Source: Plasmodiophora brassicae (taxonomy: Eukaryota). Taken from it: DNA of 64,000 nucleotides. Every line of letters starts with the position of its first letter. Within the stretch, counting starts at the first letter, position 1. Under the pieces are notes generated by a model. It worked only from the letters and a program-made list of their open reading frames with translations, ran no database searches and was not told the origin of the DNA. Where the stretch lies: positions 1,364,001 through 1,428,000 of the forward strand of contig CP145412.1 of the NCBI GenBank assembly GCA_036867785.1. The letters are read 5' to 3'. Both the position numbers and the translations under genes were made by a program. Positions 60,231 through 64,000 of this stretch are shown here, piece by piece.

Positions 60231-61646
60231 TCAGTCAAGGTGATTAAAGATAGGGAAGATGGCGGGTGCGGCCATCTGGACGGCGGCCTGGACGACGACA
60301 GCAACGCTGCTGCATGTGCCCACGATGACGATGCAAAAGTGACGGTCGGCGATCGGGATCGGGTTGTGCGCCTCCTTGCTGATGTCGTAGAAGATGTTGA
60401 CGTAGGCGGCGCCGTTCAGGGCGCCCATCCACAGCATGAGCAGCATCTCGGCCGGCAGCGGCATGACCCGATGGTGCAGATGCGTGATATACAGGGCAAA
60501 GTTAATGGCTTGCAGCACAGACAGGATGGTGAACCGGTGGATGGCGAACAGCGGCCGGGATGATCGCGCCAGGAACGCCCCGATCTGGAACGATACGTTC
60601 AGCAGTTCGAACGCGCTCGACTCCATCCAGTTCTGGAGCGGGCCGACACCAGCGCCCTTCTTCCACATGGTACCGCTCGTATGCGCCATCAAGGCTGTCA
60701 TCAGGTACGACATAAAGTTCTGCAGGAAGATGTTCACCATGTGTGAGTAGACCAACGCCAGCGAACGGGACCACTTGTGGCAGGACACCGGCTCGATGCC
60801 CGATGACGACGATGACGAGGTTGATTGCGATCGCGTCGAGAACGACTTTTTGTTACGATCCGCCAACGTAAACGCCAGACCGAACATGACGAGGAACGGA
60901 GTCATCAAGGCGAACACGACCCTGGGGGCGACCGTCAGTCGTAGAAAGCGTAGAAAAGGGAAATGGCATTTACGGGAGGCGTAGTTTGAGAACACGCAAT
61001 AACAAAAGGAACAGCATGCTGCCGGCCAGGCCTGCCCCGCCGGAACCAGATGACCAGGCGCCGACCATCGATACCGGGAACGCTCGCAGCGAGCAAAGCA
61101 TCGATCTGCGGACACCATCAGTACATGTGGCTGGCATGCGAATGCGGAAAAGGCATTACATCTCGCCAAAGGCGGCCGCTGACCCGATGACAAAGATACC
61201 CAACATGACAGCGATGACGCTGGTCTCGGACCAGATGATCATGAGGCCTGTGCCGATGATGAACCCGACCAGTGTCACCATTGCGCTAACGCGAGGGGGT
61301 ACACGCTCCAGGAACACGTTCAGACCTGGGGACATACCAGTGAGCTGAACGAGATGCGATGCCGACGTGAAGGAGACGGACCTTGTACGATGATGCTGGC
61401 GATGCCCTGGGCGAGGGAGACGATCCCGATCCACTTCTTTATGTTAAATCGCGTCGTGATCTCCGACGCGGAGCTCGTAACGACGTTGATGACGATGCTG
61501 TTAGACAGGCCGAGGAGGAAGAAGGCGACCCAGGTCAACCTGTACTGGCTGCTGGCCACAGGCTTCATCACGGGCGGTTGCCTCTCGAGGTCATCAGGGT
61601 GGACGGCGACGACACTGCTATGCTTCTTGCGGGACATCACTACCAT
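60231..61646 (-). CDS. CLN3/Battenin (Btn1) family transporter
   Basis: AFFLLGLSNSIVINVVTSSASEI, GSAAAFGE, WSAGTG, FQIGAFLARSS, LQAINF, and MGALNGAAYVNIFY match CLN3 motifs. Confidence 0.85.
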
Positions 61647-62083
61647 ACAGAATGACGACGAACCGCGGAATGTGCAGACAGATTAGTCTCCCCAGCGACC
61701 AATCGGAAAACTGCGACCCGACCGGTTGATCGACGAGGTGGCTCACCACAGTCTACACACCCCGTGAGTGGGTGTCACCGAACCGCCGGCTAAATATAGC
61801 ATCCGTTTTTGGGCCTCTCGGAGCGGGCTGGTGTCTGGAACATTCCGGGCGGATTCGGAATCGTGCTCCGATTGTAGGTAAGCTACCTACCTAGTCGGGG
61901 GTCGCCCCCCGCTGACGACTAATGGTCCCCCCGGCAATGACGTGTGACTCATGCCGAAGGTGGCGGGTGAGTCAACTGTTGCATGTGATTCGGTGAACCA
62001 GGGGGCGGGATATCCCATCGCATATTATCGAACGTTAATCGCACACACGCCCGTCCGTTTGGCCACCCCTCGAACACTGCGAC

Positions 62084-62374
62084 ATGGATTTCGACCAAAT
62101 GGAGCCCTGGTTCGCGTCTCTGGGCGAATGCAAACTCGTGCTGACAATGGATACCGACCTGCAGAACCCGGTGTCAACCGTCACCGATGATCATCTGCTA
62201 CCGATCGACCCGCTTGCCGAATCGACATTGCCCGATCACGGGTTCCTCAGCCTCGACGAATTCGGGTTGTTTCCCGCTGATGCCCCATCTGAACCGGCTC
62301 CGGTCGCACCATCACGAGTCGTCCTCCGCAGCGAGGCGCCCGCGGTCGGCTTGCAATGGACGCTTGAGCTCTGA
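62084..62374 (+). CDS. Possible small acidic hypothetical protein
   Basis: ATG-initiated 96-aa acidic, Pro-rich ORF with no recognisable domain. Confidence 0.25.
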   Translation: MDFDQMEPWFASLGECKLVLTMDTDLQNPVSTVTDDHLLPIDPLAESTLPDHGFLSLDEFGLFPADAPSEPAPVAPSRVVLRSEAPAVGLQWTLEL

Positions 62375-62482
62375 TCCAGCCCCCAACTCATACTACTAGA
62401 TAATATATGTCACAAAGGGTTTAACTATACGTATCGACCAGGTGCTCTGTGACTGGGGCCTGGAGGAGTCCACAGTTCGGAG

Positions 62483-63341
62483 ATGGTCGTCGACTACAGT
62501 AAATGGGAGACGCTCGCCAACGAAGAGGCCAAGAGCGAGGAGCTGGAGCGGCAGAGGCTCCGGGACGAACGGCACGCCAAGTACCTGAAGCAGCAGCAGG
62601 AGAAATGGGAGAAGGTCGGGTCGACCTGGACGGAGATCCATCACATTAGTGACTCGTAGCGCAGTATAAGGACGAGCACGGCGATCACGACCACCATCAG
62701 GAGCATTCGTGCGGCTGTTCTATGATGGATCAGGAGCGGATAGAGCGCGCCCGCAAGGCCAAGAAAGACGAGATGCCAATCGCTGAACGCAACCTCCTCA
62801 AACTTGAAGCCATCAAAGCCGCCAAGACAGACGGCAATCGTCTGTTCAAAGAGGTTTTGTGCTGGAGTAACTCGATACTGCTATTGGTTAACGTCTGTCG
62901 AAGGGCAATCTGGACGTCGCTTACGCTGTTTATGAACGGGGCGCCCTAATATGCAACGGTGTCTACAAGATGACTGACGAGCAGTACGATGAGGTTAGTC
63001 GGTTGGAGCTGATGCTGGATCTGAACATGGCGGCTGTACGCCTGAGACAAGAAAAGTGGTTGGATGCGATCTCGTTGTGCAAGCAAGCGCTCGACATCGA
63101 CGCGAAGTGCAGCAAAGCGTATTACAGGATGGCGTGTGCCTACGTTGGTATGGGCGACTACGACCAGGCGCTCGACGTGCTCTCCAAAGGTGGCCATGAT
63201 GCCGAGTTCGAACGGAAACGCCAGGATATACTCGCCCTGAAACGGAAGCAGGAGGAGAAAGCGCGCAAGGTCATGCAAGCGATGAAGGGCGTCTTGGTCA
63301 GGAAGCCGGGACAGGACGAGGCGCAGCCGACGCAAATATAA
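62483..63341 (+). CDS. TPR co-chaperone-like protein with N-terminal DYSKW motif, 3 exons
   Basis: MVVDYSKWETLANEE; HGDHDHHQEHSCGCS; AKTDGNRLFKEG; LNMAAVRLRQEKW..ALDIDAKCSKAYYRMACAY (carboxylate-clamp-type TPR). Confidence 0.82.
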
Positions 63342-64000
63342 TTAAGCAACCTGGTGCGCGGTTGAAGACGCTGCCTGAGAACGCGAGTATGGCGTATAGG
63401 CCCATACAGGTCAGTTAGCAGATCAGCCGCGAATGTTACCAACGATGCTTGGCATGTGCCAGCGTTGGGCAATAAGTCGTGGACGGCAGCAAGTGCCGCC
63501 GCCGCAAGTAGCGGCATTGCGACCCTACCCATCGACGTGAATGTTGGCCAGAACTGTTGTCGACAATGAGCAACTTGGGCCTGCCGCCAAGTCGACACAA
63601 TCGACTCATGTCGGCAGGGTAGCTAGACCTCTCGCGAATTTACCATTTGACAGGACTCCTGTACATAGAGCGTGCGCGTTCAAGCCGGAGCCCGCCATAG
63701 TGCATGCATGACGTCCCAGTTCCGCTCTGAATGGCAACGGCGACTGGTTGAACAGACCGGACGCGAGCAGCCGCTGCAAATGACACAGATCCCGCATGTC
63801 GTTGCTGCGATGCTTCGCGCACGCACGTGCTCCATGTGACCTTTCGGGAGCAGTGAAGGGCACCGCAAGGAAGTACGACGTACGTATCGTCAACGCAGAT
63901 CCGAGATTGGCGTCGCAAGTCGCAACACCATGGGATCCGACAATGAAACGATCGAGTCTTCTGAGGACGAAGGAGCACGGAGGAGCTTCAAACCGTTTAG
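63342..64000 (-). CDS. 3' part of an unidentified multi-exon gene running off the window
   Basis: Short protein-like segments (DDTYVVLPCGALHCSRK, RLGGRPKLLIVDNSSG) separated by GT-AG intron-sized gaps. No family recognised. Confidence 0.3.

Overview
Compact, GC-rich eukaryotic genomic DNA with about 33 tightly packed protein-coding genes, short (~50-65 nt) spliceosomal introns and very short intergenic gaps. The compactness, GC content, flagellar genes and orphan secreted proteins suggest a phytomyxid protist such as Plasmodiophora (inference, not proven). Recognisable genes include TMCO4/DUF726 (partial), CHMP2/VPS2, a WD40 protein, RPL8, PIG-F, CenH3, a BI-1/TMBIM protein, a Rad5/HLTF-like helicase, SF3B1, a cytochrome P450, an F-box/LRR protein, GT61, GT62 and GT71 glycosyltransferases, ASPM/Asp, a TMX3-like oxidoreductase, CCDC113, a mitochondrial carrier, UAF30-like, an SDR, a TLC protein, TEN1, a PH-ankyrin protein, Sec6, CLN3 and a TPR protein. 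Four observations stand out. (1) An initiator-type tRNA-Met gene, absent from the ORF track, has C1:G72 and G60 in place of the near-invariant eukaryotic A1:U72 and A60. (2) Two tandem intronless proteins combine a signal peptide with zinc fingers, one also carrying an AT-hook, and are candidate nucleus-targeted effectors. (3) The Rad5-type helicase has extra zf-PARP and SAP domains. (4) ASPM has a strict 50-aa IQ higher-order repeat. Exon boundaries were read by eye, so multi-exon CDS spans are gene extents.
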